A stretch of 63,467 bases of DNA, the filler included, from Octopus bimaculoides (Eukaryota): assembly GCF_001194135.2 (NCBI RefSeq). It is 5 parts of 5 records of this genome, joined end to end, with 100 filler letters (N's around TTAATTAATTAA, not from the genome) between each part and the next. Parts side by side here need not be neighbours in the genome. Positions count along the whole stretch, not along the records: positions 1 to 28,493 come from NC_068996.1; positions 28,594 to 53,070 come from NC_068998.1; 3 more parts are not named here. The stretch is one strand, 5' to 3'. Shown here in pieces: positions 25,899 through 39,475 of this stretch. The notes beneath the pieces were generated by a model, which saw only the letters and a list, made by a program, of their open reading frames with translations, was not told where the DNA came from and searched no databases. The translations under genes and the position numbers were made by a program. Within the stretch, counting starts at the first letter, position 1. Every line of letters starts with the position of its first letter.

Positions 25899-27649
25899 CA
25901 TACACACACACACACATATACACATATATTTATATATTCATTCACACATATGCGTGTGCATGTATGTGTTTGTGAAAGTGCGTTTAACTGTGAGCGCGCA
26001 AAGATAATGAAGTGATTCTCATTTTCTTGTAGAGATCTATTTTCGTATAAATTTCATTCGGTCAGAAACAGGACAACAAATTATCAGACGAGGATGATTT
26101 TGGAATTGATATGCACAACGAGAAAGGCACAGGAGTTTAAGCCTTCTAATGTACATCCAGTTGCATTTTGGCTGCACGATAGAAAAATAAATCGGCCCCA
26201 TAAGCTGTCACATTTTTCATAGGCCACGGAACGAATACAAATCAAATTTGACGCTGACAGGATTTTTAAAATTCATTTTGTTAGCCATAACTGTATTCGA
26301 AATAGTATTCCACGACGCTCATGTTTTCTGCGTGCCAAATTAGATCTCGATCTAACAAGTTATTAAAAAAAAAATATCCTGCTTAGAGAACTTTTATACG
26401 ATATGAGACTTTCCGTTGGGTATCGTAATTTGTTCACAATTTAATGTCCCTTGAAATAGGAGTGTTACAACAACTTTGAACATAGCGGTTAAAATCATGC
26501 AAACGAAAAAAATGTATTATACTGTAGTTTTTGCAACCGAATCACATACCTTAAAAAACGAAAGAAATTAGTATGAACTGAAACAGTTACAATTAGACGT
26601 CTATAAACCATTTTTAAATGACAGCCAGTTCGCTATAAAATAAATAATGAGACATTAAATAACGTAGTACCAGATATAAGAAAAGCAAAGATTTCCATGT
26701 GTCGAAGGTTTCTTGAAATACATTTGCTCAATCATCGCTAAAATACGACGACGACGTCGACAACAAGAAATAATTAAGAAATTACTAGCAGTTAAAAGAA
26801 TCCATATCATATGATGTCTCATATGATCTGAAGCAAACAAGGCACAATGCTCTTCTATAGAACATTAACCAGTCATATTTAAAATTGCGCGTTATCAAAA
26901 TAATTATGTGGTTGGTGTTGTTGTTATTATCAGTAATAATAATAGTAGTTGTAACTCAGTTGCACATACACAGACGCACACATGTGTGTATGTGTATGTA
27001 AATGTATATATATCTGTGTGAGTGAGTGCGTGTGTAATTGTGTATGTGTGTATGTGTGTATGTGCCTCTGTGTGTACATGTGTGTGTGTGTCTGCGTATG
27101 TGTGTGGTCTTCGCATTCTCTTTCAAAACTAAGATAAGCTTATATATTTGAATTCCAATATATTCAATATTAATCAATTAAACATGAAGAGCCAAAGCGA
27201 AAAAGAGAACGATGCAGAGAGTGAGAGAGAAATAGAAGAGTTAGGAGAAAGAAAGAACGAGAAATTAAGAGATATCACGAAACACAGACAGTGAGAGAGC
27301 ACAAGTACATAATTTTTTGTCTTATCTTTGAAAACCCGTAGAAATTTACGGAAATAAATATACAAAATATAATCGATATTATATAGATATATTTATGAAC
27401 AACAAAGGGCATCAGACAATGGCCATTTAACAACAGCAACAACAACAGCAAAACACACGCACACACGTAAGCATATCTCGCTATCTATCAGTATATCTAT
27501 CACTCTGTGCGTTAAGTAACTGCGGGTATGAGAGTGTGTTTGTATGCGTGCAAACACATACATACTCACACACAAAAATACATATATATACATTCATACA
27601 CACATACACACACATATATATATATACATATATACATATATCTTATGCG

Positions 27650-27975
27650 TGCCAGTGTGATAAGATCACATGGTTCCCGATCACATGTTTCCAGGTTCAA
27701 TCTCACTTCGAGGTACCTTCTGCTATAACCTCGGACCAATCAAATACTTCTGTATAGGGTTCGAAGATGTAAACTGAAAGAGGCCCATCGTACATATATG
27801 TACATCTATGTTTGTGTATCTTACTATTTGTGTATGTCTGCTACTACCTCTTGGTAACCGGCGTTGGTGTGTTTAAGTCCCTGTAACTTAGCGGTTCGGC
27901 AATATGGGTCAATAGACTAAATCTCATGTTGAAGAAAATATCACCTTGAGTCGATTCATTTCACTAAAAAATTTT
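27650..27975 (+). mobile_element. Degenerate SINE family A copy
   Basis: Head-like GGTTCAATCTCAC...AACTGAAAGAGGCCCATCG, TA/TG-rich spacer, then GTTGGTGTGTTTAAGTCCCTGTAACTTAGCGGTTCGGC as in 43625-43665. Confidence 0.65.
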
Positions 27976-28388
27976 CAGACACTCTACTATGTTAATTTAT
28001 CTGTTTATTTTTCAACCAAGAGGACAATAAAGACAATATATAAACACATTTTTGCATTTTTAATTTTTAATTGTTGATATGACATAGTGTGTCACGTATG
28101 TTTGTATATTGTCATTATTGTCCTCTTGGTTGAAAAATTAACAGGTTAATTAACGTAGTACAGTGTCTGCAAGTTGGTGAGTACCACATATTCCCCTCCA
28201 TTTTCTTATGGCTATATAAATTTAGGGTAAAATCTCCTTTTACCCGCACCCATTTATTGCACTTGGTAAAAACACTAGTGTAATAATAATTGGGTACCCT
28301 CCCAGCAGTATATTGGATAGATATTATCCCTTAGTGGGTTGGATTCACAACCCCTAACTCTCTTGGATGATGTATATATATGTATATA

Positions 28389-28493
28389 AGGGCAGCTAGC
28401 TGGCAGAATCGTTTGCAAGGCAGGCGACATACTTAGCGGTATTTCGTCTGCCGTGACATTCTGAATTCAAATTAAGCCAAGGTCGACTTTGCG
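28389..28493 (+). mobile_element. SINE family D head, cut by scaffold join
   Basis: GCTGGCAGAATCG...CTGAATTCAAATT...GGTCGACTTTGC. Confidence 0.75.
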
Positions 28494-28593
28494 NNNNNNN
28501 NNNNNNNNNNNNNNNNNNNNNNNNNNNNNNNNNNNNNTTAATTAATTAANNNNNNNNNNNNNNNNNNNNNNNNNNNNNNNNNNNNNNNNNNNN
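28494..28593. other. Scaffolding join spacer (44 N + TTAATTAATTAA + 44 N); also at 53071-53170, 59336-59435, 61907-62006
   Basis: Identical 100-bp architecture four times; TTAATTAATTAA gives stops in all six frames and is used as an artificial spacer. Confidence 0.95.
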
Positions 28594-28780
28594 AGGGCAG
28601 CGATGTCAAATTCTCTTATACACCAGATGTGCCATCAAAACTCTTGATTGGACCATATCAGGTGGGGGAGAAGAGCCATGCAAGGAACGTGAAGAGAGCA
28701 CAGCATAAAGACGGAAAATCACGGTGGTGCACCAGCATGACCGCAACCACTTGGCTGAAACACATAAATAAATAAATAAA
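28594..28780 (+). mobile_element. 3' end of a CR1-family LINE (same family as 9895-11425)
   Basis: AGGGCAGCGATGTCAAATTCTCTTATACACCAGATG and CACGGTGGTGCACCAGCATGACCGCAACC align with the reverse complement of 9905-10060; (AAAT)n tail. Confidence 0.7.
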
Positions 28781-28814
28781 TAAAAAATATATATGTGTGT
28801 GTGTGTGCATGGGT

Positions 28815-28983
28815 GTATGTTTGTGTGTCTGTATTTGTTTCCCCACCATCGCTTGACAAGCGATGCTGATGCAGTTCGGCAAAAGAGACTAATAGAATAA
28901 GTACTAGGCTAACAAAGAATAAGTCCTGTGGGCGATTTGTTTGACTAAAGGTGTTGCTCCAGCATGGCTGCAGTCAAATGATT
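28815..28983 (+). mobile_element. SINE family A, 3' half
   Basis: CATCGCTTGACAA...GTTCGGCAAAAGAGAC...CTCCAGCATGGC as in 43608-43770. Confidence 0.8.
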
Positions 28984-29091
28984 NNNNNNNNNNNNNNNNN
29001 NNNNNNNNNNNNNNNNNNNNNNNNNNNNNNNNNNNNNNNNNNNNNNNNNNNNNNNNNNNNNNNNNNNNNNNNNNNNNNNNNNNNNNNNNNN

Positions 29092-29123
<32 letters not shown>

Positions 29124-31139
29124 GTGACAGACAGACAGATGTACACACATACAGAGGGAGAGACCTGTTTTATATTCCATGTTTTAACTGAATCTTTAAT
29201 ACGCACGCATATTCATAACAAGTCTTAAATTTTTAGTCTACTCCTTGTATTATTTTGTTTTACTCAAAATATAAGTAATTTCATAAGCTATTGGAATAAC
29301 TTTCATAGAATTCTAGCTGTCCCAGCTCCATTACTTTCTTCTCTATTATAATTATTCTTCGTGTTATTAATATGAATTCTTTTGTTTTTGTTTGCCTAAT
29401 ATTTCTATAAATTAAATCTGATAATCATTTGATATATATTGCTTTATATGATTATCTCTTCTTTAAAGGCGGGTATTATTGTCTGCAGATATAGATTTGG
29501 TTATCAATTTTGCCATTTTATTCTGCTCGATAGAATTCATCCTCTTTCTCTTTTGTGCCTTTGAGTCATGTGGAATATATAGTCAGCAATTTAAGAATTA
29601 CTAGTCAATATTTAAGAGGAGTTTGCAGGTGGTTTTATTTCTTACAGAATATATATCTAGTAACAAGTGACTGTGTTTGATGAATTGAATATGGAATGAA
29701 ATGTTTTGCATCAGTTATTATGCATTCAGAGCATAAATAGAAACTAGCAGATTGATCTAGTAGCAAATTTCTCCGAGTAAATTGAAGAGTCCGAGACAAA
29801 TTGGAGTTGCTATCTTTATTGTATGGGTCAATCTAGATACTTGGAAGCTCCTACAGCTTGCATTAATTAATTACTAAGATGAAACTGACTTGGTATATAC
29901 CTTATGATAATTCTGCTTGTCATTCTGTTACTCAGCCTGTCAGTTACACTTTCATGTGATTAGAGAAAAAGAGGGAGAAAAAGGGAGAGAGAAGTGTCCA
30001 TGACATAAGGTAGAGAGAATGTGATTAGTTGAAGAGAAAGAGAAGAGAAAGAAAAGGAGAGAGAAAAAGAGATAAGGTGAAGAGTAAGACAGAAAGTGAG
30101 AATGAAAAAGAGGGAGAGAGAAAAAGAGGGAGAGAGAAGCATCCATGACATGAGGTAGGGGGAACATAATATTTATTATGTGGTCAAAAGTAGTGATGAT
30201 CGAGAGGAAGAGAGTTGAAAATATAATTTTAGCAGGGGGTAATGTTCTCATGATGAGATGAGGTTAAAGAAAGGCAGAGAGAGAGGGAGGAGAGAGAAGG
30301 AGGAGAAAGAGAAGGAGGAGAAAGAGAAGGAGGAGAAAGAGAAGGAGGAGAAAGAGGAGGAGGAGAAAGAGATGATGGTAGTGGTAGTGGTAGTGGTGGA
30401 AATGGTGGTGTTGATTGGATAGTGAAAAGTGTATTTTTTATTTAATTGAACTAAGTTTTTTATATTACCTATCACTTAACACATGCTCATAAGTGCAAAT
30501 CCATGAAATGTTTATGCTTATTTATGTGGCAGATATTTAACTAAAGGTTGTATCATATGTACGGGATATGTTTTTGTTTTTTTTTGTTTATGGAAAAATG
30601 GAAAAAATAAGAGTGAATATTAATTTTATGAGTGCTGTGTATTAAGTCTATAAATTATACATAAAGTATATAATGTGTATATATAAAGTGCATTAAGTTT
30701 TCATTGTATCTCAATTCCTTTCACTTTTCAATGAGTAGCAGATGAGCGACTATCTTTCTATACAGGCACAACACAGGCTATACTTTCAGGGATTTTTGGA
30801 TAAAGTTTTCAGAAATAGCCCAATAGGTTTACCATTAATTCTGTGAAATAGTCACGGGTCCACTAGTTTACATTGATTTAGACTGCACTAGTTAGAATAT
30901 CTTTTCCATGGACAAAATACAGACTCAGTGGCAAGGTACAAAGTCTATTCAAAATGAAATCAAACTTTTAAAGCAGCACATCTATCAGCTGGCATAGCAT
31001 GTTTGTGATTGCAGTGCTGTTGAGTGACTTCACCCTTTAAGTCTAATAATAGCCATATTATGTCACTTCAATTAGTCATCAGTCTACATGTGCCAAAGCC
31101 AATGTATATTTGGTGTATTTGGTATTTTGTCTCAAGTTG

Positions 31140-31740
31140 TGCAATGAAAAATTTGGAATAACAAAACTTTTATGTGAATTGCTACTTGAATAAGGAATAA
31201 TATCCATCAAAGTTGATACTAAAATATCTTTCCATGACAACAGATGGCAATCACATTGCAGAAGTGCATGCTGTGATCCATAAAAATTATCACCTGTCTG
31301 TCCCTGAAGCTTTCAAAGTAGGCATCTTTAACAGTTTGTGCCATATGGTTTTAAAAGAAAATGCAAATGCATCTTGTTATCACAAAATGTCTGCCATTCC
31401 TGCTGACAGATAAAACCAGTCAATTAGATTTGTGTTACTATTCTTTCCCACTTAAAAGAAGCCTGCACACATATAATTTAGGCTGGGTGCTGCCCTATGA
31501 CACCACACTTGTCACTGATTTTTGGACAAAGTACAAGACTTTCAATTTGCAGCCACTCTACTCCCTGGATTTGGTCCTTGTGCTTAAATTTGATATCTAA
31601 CCTGAAATATCATCAGTTTTAAATGATCAAAGCAATTCTATGAGAATTGCTATTTTCATTCAAAACACATTCCAAGATGTATTTGAAGTTGGAATTTTGG
31701 GAGCAGTGTATTAACAATAAAGATATCTATCTGAAGGAAA
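31140..31740 (+). mobile_element. Highly decayed mariner transposase fragment
   Basis: NHIAEVHAVI..YHLSV.E...VGI..SLCHMVLKE, then ITKCLPFLLTD, VTDFWTK...QPLYSLDL (YSPDL-like) and EQCINNKDIYLEG (mariner C-terminal pattern). Internally deleted and frameshifted. Confidence 0.6.
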
Positions 31741-33493
31741 AGCTTATCCATTATAGGTAAAGTAATAATTTCCCATTTAAAAATGTTTGTTTCTTTATGG
31801 ATTGACCTAGTATAAACAGTCACATGTTTGTCTTTACCACTCTGTTCTCTGGCATTGTGTTGTATCCTTGGATATAATACATTGTTCTATTTGATATTAG
31901 AAGAGAAGCATGTCCAACTATAAAATATATTCTCAACTAATCTATGCAAATATCTAAATTTGCAGAAATACTAAACCTATATTGGTGAAAAGTGTATTCA
32001 AAATATCAATATATATTTGTAATGTTTAAATTCAACCTGAAAGTCAATATTTTCCTAGACAAATAAATTTAAATTATTTCTTACTTTCTCCATAGCCCTA
32101 ATACTACAGCACAGTACTATAGTATGTTATAGGTCTAGTCCTTAGTCTCTGTTACTATCAAGATGTATTTCCATATAGACAACTTATGTGAATAGCTTGC
32201 TAATGACTAACAATATAAATTTGGTTGTATTATTTACTGATTGCTAATTGTATTATTTTTGCTGATGGCCAACAATAAAGAGTTTCTTGATTGCTATCAA
32301 TACAACTTTTCTAGACAGCTAACAATACTATAGCCTTTACTGGTGGCCTACAGTATTGACTTAATTTTATTTTTAACTTTATAATTAACACAAAATTTGG
32401 ACGGCATTCAAGATTTCATTAAAAAAGACAAAGGCGATCATTCTACTAACAATATGACATTATCACAAGATTGTTTGATATTGTTTAGCCAGTGTAGTAT
32501 ACCACTTTTTAATATAAAGTGATGGAAAGCAAAGATAAATCCTAATAAGGTTTGAATCCTGAAATATATAGTTTGCTTCCCTCCCCTGCACCACTCCCAC
32601 CACTACCACTGCCACCACCACCACCAATTCCATTAGCAGTGTTTTAGATATTGATTGTTGACATAAGGTTCTCACATTTAACACATTATAGTTCTGGCAC
32701 TAATAATGTAAAATAAATGTTTAATCTTTGACCCAATTATCTGCATCATCTTTTTTTTTTTATGTTATCCATCCTGATTTAGATTAATGTTCTCATGGAA
32801 CTCTTTTTAATGATATTCTCTGGAAATATGAGTCAAATTTCAAATGATCAGTTTTAAGAACCTGTAAAATAATTTAGGATCTGCTTAGAATATAAAAAAA
32901 AATTATTCTGAGATTTTTTTTTCCTTATATGTGCTAGCAGATAGTTTTCTTTTCTGCTAGTTACAAAAGGATATTTGCACATCTGATTCCCAAGTTATAT
33001 AATTTTACTGATATTATGTCTAACTTCCTAATTTTCCTTTGTATCCTTTATTCATCCAATAGAACTTATTTGCTTGGTAAATATTTATTTCATTATTTTA
33101 TAGCAGTCTTAATCTCTCTATTTTAAACAAACTGAAATGTAGTCCATACTCTATGTGGTCGTTTATTATGCCAGAAACAGCAGGGATAACATGAGTAAAT
33201 TCTAAGGTGTATGTTATACCAAAGAGCCATACCAACAAATTCATCTCTGATATATTTTCAAATTATTCTAATGTTGTGATTTCACATTAAACCCTCACCC
33301 CATCAAGTTTACTTCCCAGTAATTTGTACTGCTTTCAGATTACCAACGTAATCATCCCTAGGAGTAATTTAAAACTGATTTCATCCTACCACCTATGATT
33401 TCAGATTACCCCCTCAAATCCATTCCCAAATGTTTGCTGCTTTGGTGACAAATAAAATGTGTTTCCTGTGGTGCATGTATGTGCATGTGTGTG

Positions 33494-33526
<33 letters not shown>

Positions 33527-33686
33527 AAGCTTTAGGTGCACAAGTGTAAATCACAGAGGAAGGGGTTTGAGCAGTAAATTAGTTAGCGTGGGAAAAATTG
33601 CATTTAAAGTGTATAAATAGACTATTTTGTATAATAGCTTTGTATTAATATATTTTGTTAACATTTAAACAATGTGTGCGTGTGTC

Positions 33687-33738
<52 letters not shown>

Positions 33739-34820
33739 TATATATATATTTATATATATGCATGTGTGTGTATGAAAATATATACCTTTATGTATGTATG
33801 TATGCATGTACATATATGTGTGTGTGTGTGTATATATATATGTCTTTATTGTATGGTTATATATTTTGATTGCATTTGAAATGTATAAGTTTGTAATTAA
33901 ATTTTATGTTTAATAAATTCAAATTGAAATAAAACTTTTAAATTATTAGAAAGTAAAATAGGCTAATGTGTTCAAATGTAAACAGAATATATACTTACGC
34001 ACTTTAAATTCAAATGAAACATATTAAAATGAAATTTTTACTTTAAAAAATTGCAGACTCAAAATCTTTGATGTTTAAAGTGTTTTTTAAAAGCATCATA
34101 AAAATGTTAAGGGATGTAACATATGTGAATGTATAAATTTTCTTTTCCATTGATTTACACATTTGTGCATTTTAGTATTAATAAACCACACAAACACACA
34201 ACAACAGTATTTCTAAGATAGCAAATGATATATTTTTTACTTCATCACATGAACAATGTTAACATGAATGGTTGAAGTTTCAGTGAAGGAATTAACTATA
34301 AAAAATATAGAAACAAATAAAAGATGGAAAGAGAGAGAGAGAAGGTAGTAAGAAAACCTTGTGAACATTTAAGTACACAATTTTCTTGATAGTAAAAACC
34401 ATTCTTAATGTGGTGTTATCTCCCTTCCATTAGTCACCTACCATAATGGGAACTCTCTAGTTTAAAAAGAACACATTTGGGTCCATTATAGTGGGAGGCT
34501 ATTACAGTGTATGCTTTGCTAATAAACGGACATGCTGAATTGTCTTTCTATTTATTAGCCAATACCTTCAAGCTTCATTATACCACATGGTGTCAAAAAT
34601 GGAAGAATTCCTCACAGAATTGTGAGTTTATTTTTTTCATTTCATTCAGAAAATGTCTGCAAGGCCTTTTTCCACAAGTGTCCCACCTCCGGAACAAATG
34701 TCTTTATCAGAAAATATGGCTAGCAACTAGACAAGATTTAAACGAAACTTTTTGTGTTATTCAATTGCCAGTTGACTCTCAAGTGCAGTTGATACTGGAT
34801 ATCAAACATCTGTATTTCTG

Positions 34821-35279
34821 GTGACTATTGGAGAAGAGTGTTTTGATATATATGAAGGACTACAATTTGATTATGAAGAACAGACAAATGACCTATCTGA
34901 AGTGATTAACAAATTCGAGGAATTTTCCGTTGGTGAGACACATGAGGCTTATGAATCTTATCAATTCCACCTTTGGAAACAAGAGAATTTTGAGAACATA
35001 GAAACCTACATAACTGTCTTGTGCCAACTTGCAAAAAACAGCAACTTTGAAGAATTAAAGGACAGACTTAATAGGGATCAAGTTGTTGTTGGTGTTAAAG
35101 ACGATCTTTGGAGAGAAAAACTTTTAGCAGGCAAAAAGCTAACCCTTGACAAATTCCTACAGATAGGTAGAGCACATGAGACATCAAAACAAAAAACAAA
35201 AGCTATCTCCTCAGCTGTCAATGCAACTGATCTACAATTAAACTATGTCACAGGACCAAATAACAAAAAAGGGTATTAA
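34821..35279 (+). pseudogene. Gypsy gag remnant inside the LTR element
   Basis: TIGEECFDIYE...VINKFEEF..GETHEAYESYQFH...QENFENIETYITVL..LAKNSNF..LKDRL.RDQVVVGVKD..WREKLL...LTLDK is a typical Gypsy gag core. A degenerate zinc knuckle follows (GHYATVCK, about 35385). Confidence 0.85.
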
Positions 35280-35554
35280 TATAAAAAGAAAATGTCTGAG
35301 AGAACATGAATGCAGTGTGAAATGTTCACATTTCACAATAGAAATGACTGCCCTATCTCAGCAACAAGAAACAGACGAAAATAGGACACTATGCAACTGT
35401 TTGCAAGAATTTTTCAAGAGTTAGGGGAGTTGAAGAGGAAGAACATCATTTCTTAGGTTATATTTCTTCGGAAAATATAAATGCAGTTTGTGAAGACAAT
35501 AAGATAGAATGGCAAGCAAAAATAGAAGTCACCACCAAAGTCTGCAGCATAATT

Positions 35555-35672
35555 GTCGAATTTAGACTGGATACTGGCGCAGATGTGACAGTAGTACTTG
35601 ACTGGTTCTTCAGGAAGAATTGTCCAATAATAAAACCTACAAACAAAAGGTTATATGGATCAGGTCAACACT
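35555..35672 (+). pseudogene. Aspartic protease remnant of the LTR element
   Basis: VEFRLDTGADVTVV carries the DTG active-site motif; no RT, RNase H or integrase follows before the PPT. Confidence 0.85.
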
Positions 35673-36392
35673 GACCTTGGTGATAGAGTTTTGGCTGGAC
35701 TGGTTTTAGGTGTCTTCACCCAAACTGGCTGCCCTTCAGTAAAAGATGCCTGCTCTCTAGCTCGATGATGTTTGTCGAAATTGACCCAGAAATGAACTCA
35801 TAACCTGAAAGGGGGATGTGGTATTATCTCCCTTCCATTAATCACCTACCATAATGGGAATTCTCTAGTTTAAAAAGAACACATTCAGGTCCCTAATTGT
35901 GTGAGGCCATTACTGTGTATGCTTTGCTAATAAATGGACATATCTTATCTCATGCTGAGTTGTCTTTCTATTTATAAACCAATATTGTCAAGCTTTATTA
36001 TACCACACTTAACACATTTTCCCTATTGATGATTTAAATATAAGATCATTATAATGTTTTTAACCCATCTAATTTCTAAAACGGTAATGTTCTTTATTTG
36101 CAGTATAAGATTTTTTTTAAATGTTATCTCATATTGAATTAAAATTAATTGCTTAGCTGAAAAGATTATTAGAACCCACATTCTGTTAAAAATATATTAA
36201 AATCGGAATTTTAAAGAATTTTCTGGACAATGGATACTTTAATAATAGCTTTCTGTTAGTAAGTTACATGATTCCAACTAATTAATAAGCAGCTTTCTCC
36301 ATTATAGTATAGATGGAATCCCTTTACACAGTAAAAGTTTATAAGCTTTTAAACAATGACTTTTTTGATTAGGTAGAAACCAATTTTATATT

Positions 36393-39300
36393 TGTAAATT
36401 GACTACATCCTCGATAGAAAAAGGGAAAGATGGCTGCTTATAAATGCCAAAACCTTCCCAGGTGAAGAATGTACCCCTCAACATAGATTAGTAGTTAGCG
36501 ACTTCAGGATCAGGGTTAAATGGATGCCCAGAAGATGTCCAGCATGGAGGAGAAGAGTCTGGAAGCTTAAACATCCTGCAAATGGGCAGAGATTCAGAAA
36601 CGTATTACTCAAAGCTTTTGACGAAATAGAAGGGGGATATAACATCAGATGATGTGGAAGACAACTGGAGGTTTCTACGGGACAACCTGCTGAGAGCCAC
36701 TGACCAGATCTGTGGATGGTGCAAAGTCCACTCTTGACCCAAGGTAACGTGGTGGTGGAACAATGTGGTTGACAGGGCTATTAGAGAAAAGAAACAGGCT
36801 TGGAACAACTGGAAGAACGGTGGTAGCAGGGAATTGTATCAGACTGCCAGAAGNNNNNNNNNNGTGGTTGACAGGGCTATTAGAGAAAAGAAACAGGCTT
36901 GGAACAACTGGAAGAACGGTGGTAGCAGGGAATTGTATCAGACTGCCAGAAGGGAAGCTAGGAGACAGGTTTATTTAGCCAGAGGGGAAGCAGATAAGAA
37001 TAAATTTGCCAATGTTCTGCACCGTGAGGACCAAAGACTTGAAGTATTTTGTGTTGCAAGACAGTGTGACAGAGAATCCTTATGTCGTAGGAGAGAAATG
37101 TGTCCACATGGATGATGGTTCCCTTGCACCAAATGAGGCTACAAAGAGAGAGGTTTGGAGATGCCACTCTGAAAGGTTGCTCAATAAAGAGAATGATTGG
37201 GAGAAAGAGAATCTGCCGAATGTTGACTCAACAGAGGGACCAGATATTTGAGTTGACAGTACCTTGGTAGATAAAGCAATTAAAAATATGAAGACAGGGA
37301 AAGCCCCCAGCCCATCAGGAATCATTGCAGAGATGCTCAAAATATTTGGTGGTATCAGCTATAGCCTATTCACTCGTATAGTTAGCCAGGTAATACATGA
37401 AGGAGTCATACCCAATGACTGGTGTAGCAGTACCATAGTCAACTGCTACAAAGGTAAAGGTGACGCTTTAAATACGAATAATTACAGAGATATCAAGTTG
37501 TTGCATCAGGCAATGAAGGTCATGGAGAGGGTCATAGCCCAACTAATTAGTGAGAGAGTTGGTTTAGATGAGATGCAGTTTGGGTTCATGCCAGGGAAAA
37601 GGACCACTGATGCTATATTTCTGGTAAGACAGCTGCAGGAGAAATACCTAGCCAAAGATAAACCTCTGTACCTGGCTTTCGTTGACATGGAGAAAGCCTT
37701 CGACAGGGTCCCCTGATCCCCTATCTGGTGGTCAATGAAGAAATTAGGGATAGATGAATGGTTAGTGAGAGCTGTGCGAGCCATGTACAGGGATGTCAGT
37801 AAGGTGAGGGTTGGCAACGAGAACAGTGAAGAATTCTGGGTAGAGGTAGGGGTCCACCAAGGTTCAGTCCTCAGCCCCCTCTTATTTATCATAGTTCTCC
37901 AGGCAATAACAGAGGAATTCAAGACAGGTTGCCCCTGGGAGATCCTCTATGCTGATGACCTTGCTCTAATTGCTGAGTCACTAGATGAGAAGTTTCAGGT
38001 GTGGAAGCAAGGATTAAAATTGAAGGGCCTTATAGTCAACCTAGCTAAAACCAAAGTCCTAATAAGTAGGAAGGTAAACAAACCACAAATCCCTTCAGGT
38101 AGATGGCCCTGCTCAATCTGTAGAAAAGGTGTAGGTAGAAACTCTATAAGATGTACCCAGTGTAAGCTATGGACACATAAGAGGTGCAGCAATATCAAAG
38201 GAAGGCTAACTGGGAAGATAGATTTGTATGTGGCAGATGCTCAGGAGCAATAAACACTGAAAATGTGCAGAGAACAACTTCTGCTATATTCCAGGGAGAA
38301 AAACTACAAGTAGTTGACAACTTCTATTACCTAGGTGACCAAGTCAGTAGCGTGGGTGGGGGCTCTGAAAGTGTAGCTGCTAGAATAAGAATAGCCTGGG
38401 CAAAGTTCAGAGAGCTCCTACCTCTGTTGGTAACAAAAGGCCTCTCACTCAGAGTAAAAGGTAGACTGTATGACACATGTGTATGAACAGCCGTGAAACA
38501 TGGGCTGTGACTGCTGAAGACATGCGTAAGCTTGCAAGGAATGGAAGCCAGTATGCTCCGATGGATGTGTAATGTCAGTGTGCATACTCAACAGAGTGTA
38601 AGTGACTTGAGAGAAAAGTTGGACCTAAGAAACATCAGATGTGGTGTGCAAGAGAGATGACTGCTCTGGTATGGTCATGTGGTGAGAATGGATGAGGATA
38701 GCCGTGTGAAAAAGTGTCACACACTAGTGGTTGAGGGAACCTGTGGAAGTGGTAGACCCAGGAAGACCTGAGGTGAGGTGGTGAAGCACGACCTTCGGAC
38801 ATTAGGCCCCACCGAGGCAATGACTAGTGACTGAGACCTTTGGAAATATGCTGTGCCTAAGACCCGGCAAGCCAAGTGAGACCATAACCCATGGCCTATG
38901 CCAGGGGTGTAACCAGCCCACTTATGCATACCTTTCCTTCATTGGACACGAAAGTGTGCTTGCAAAGACCTGTTGAGGCAAGTGAAATCGAAATCAAATT
39001 CGATGACAGCACCGCATGACTGGCATCCGTGCTAGTGGAGTGCTAAGAGTACCAACCGAGCATGATTGTTGCCAGGGCTACTGACTGGCTCCCATACCGG
39101 TGGCATCTAAAAGGCACCATTCGAGTGTGATCGTTACCAGTGTTGCCTTACTGGTTCTTGTGCTGGTGGCACGTGAAAGACAACATTCGAGGGAGGTTGT
39201 TGCCGGTCCTGCTGGACTGGCTCCTGTGCAGGTAGCACGTAAAAAACACCATTTGAGTGTGGCTGTTGCCAGTACCGCCTGACTGGCCCTTGTGCCAGTG

Positions 39301-39475
39301 GCATGTAAAAGCACCCACTACACTCTTGAAGTGGTTGGCATTAGGTAGGGCATTCAGCTGTAGAAACTCTGCCAGATCAGATTGGAGCCTGCTGCAGCCA
39401 TCTGGCTCACCAGTCTTCAGTCAAACCATCCAACCCATGCCAGCATGGAAAGCAGACGTTAAACAATGATGATGA
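36393..39475 (+). mobile_element. 5'-truncated RTE-BovB-like LINE (end of APE, RT, C-terminal Cys-rich region, 3' UTR with tandem array, (TGA)n tail)
   Basis: IDYIL...PQHRLVVSDF; YRDIKLL, QFGFMPGKRTTDAIF, AFVDMEKAFDRVP, GVHQGSVLSPLLF, LYADDL, CSICRKGVG, CTQCKLWTHKRC. Several stops and frameshifts; ends ...GACGTTAAACAATGATGATGA. Confidence 0.95.

Larger units (their letters stand above)
34409..36007 (+). mobile_element. Non-autonomous Ty3/Gypsy-derived LTR retrotransposon (gag + protease only), complete termini
   Basis: 5' LTR 34409-34587 and 3' LTR 35817-36007 (TG...CA; about 19 substitutions plus one 12-bp indel by manual count). PBS TGGTGTCAAAAATGG at 34588; PPT GAAAGGGGGA at 35807-35816; 5-bp TSD CTTAA at 34404-34408 and 36008-36012. 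Confidence 0.93.

Noticed and set aside
28538-28549. Recurrent TTAATTAATTAA motif
   Set aside because: Always centred in 88 Ns; an artificial six-frame-stop spacer.
36765-36952. Exact 89-bp direct repeat in the RTE
   Set aside because: The copies (36765-36853 and 36864-36952) flank a 10-N gap: an unmerged contig overlap, not a biological duplication.
39047-39310. Regular about 66-bp periodicity as a possible CRISPR array
   Set aside because: Whole units are diverged copies with no unique spacers, there are no cas genes, and the context is a eukaryotic LINE UTR.
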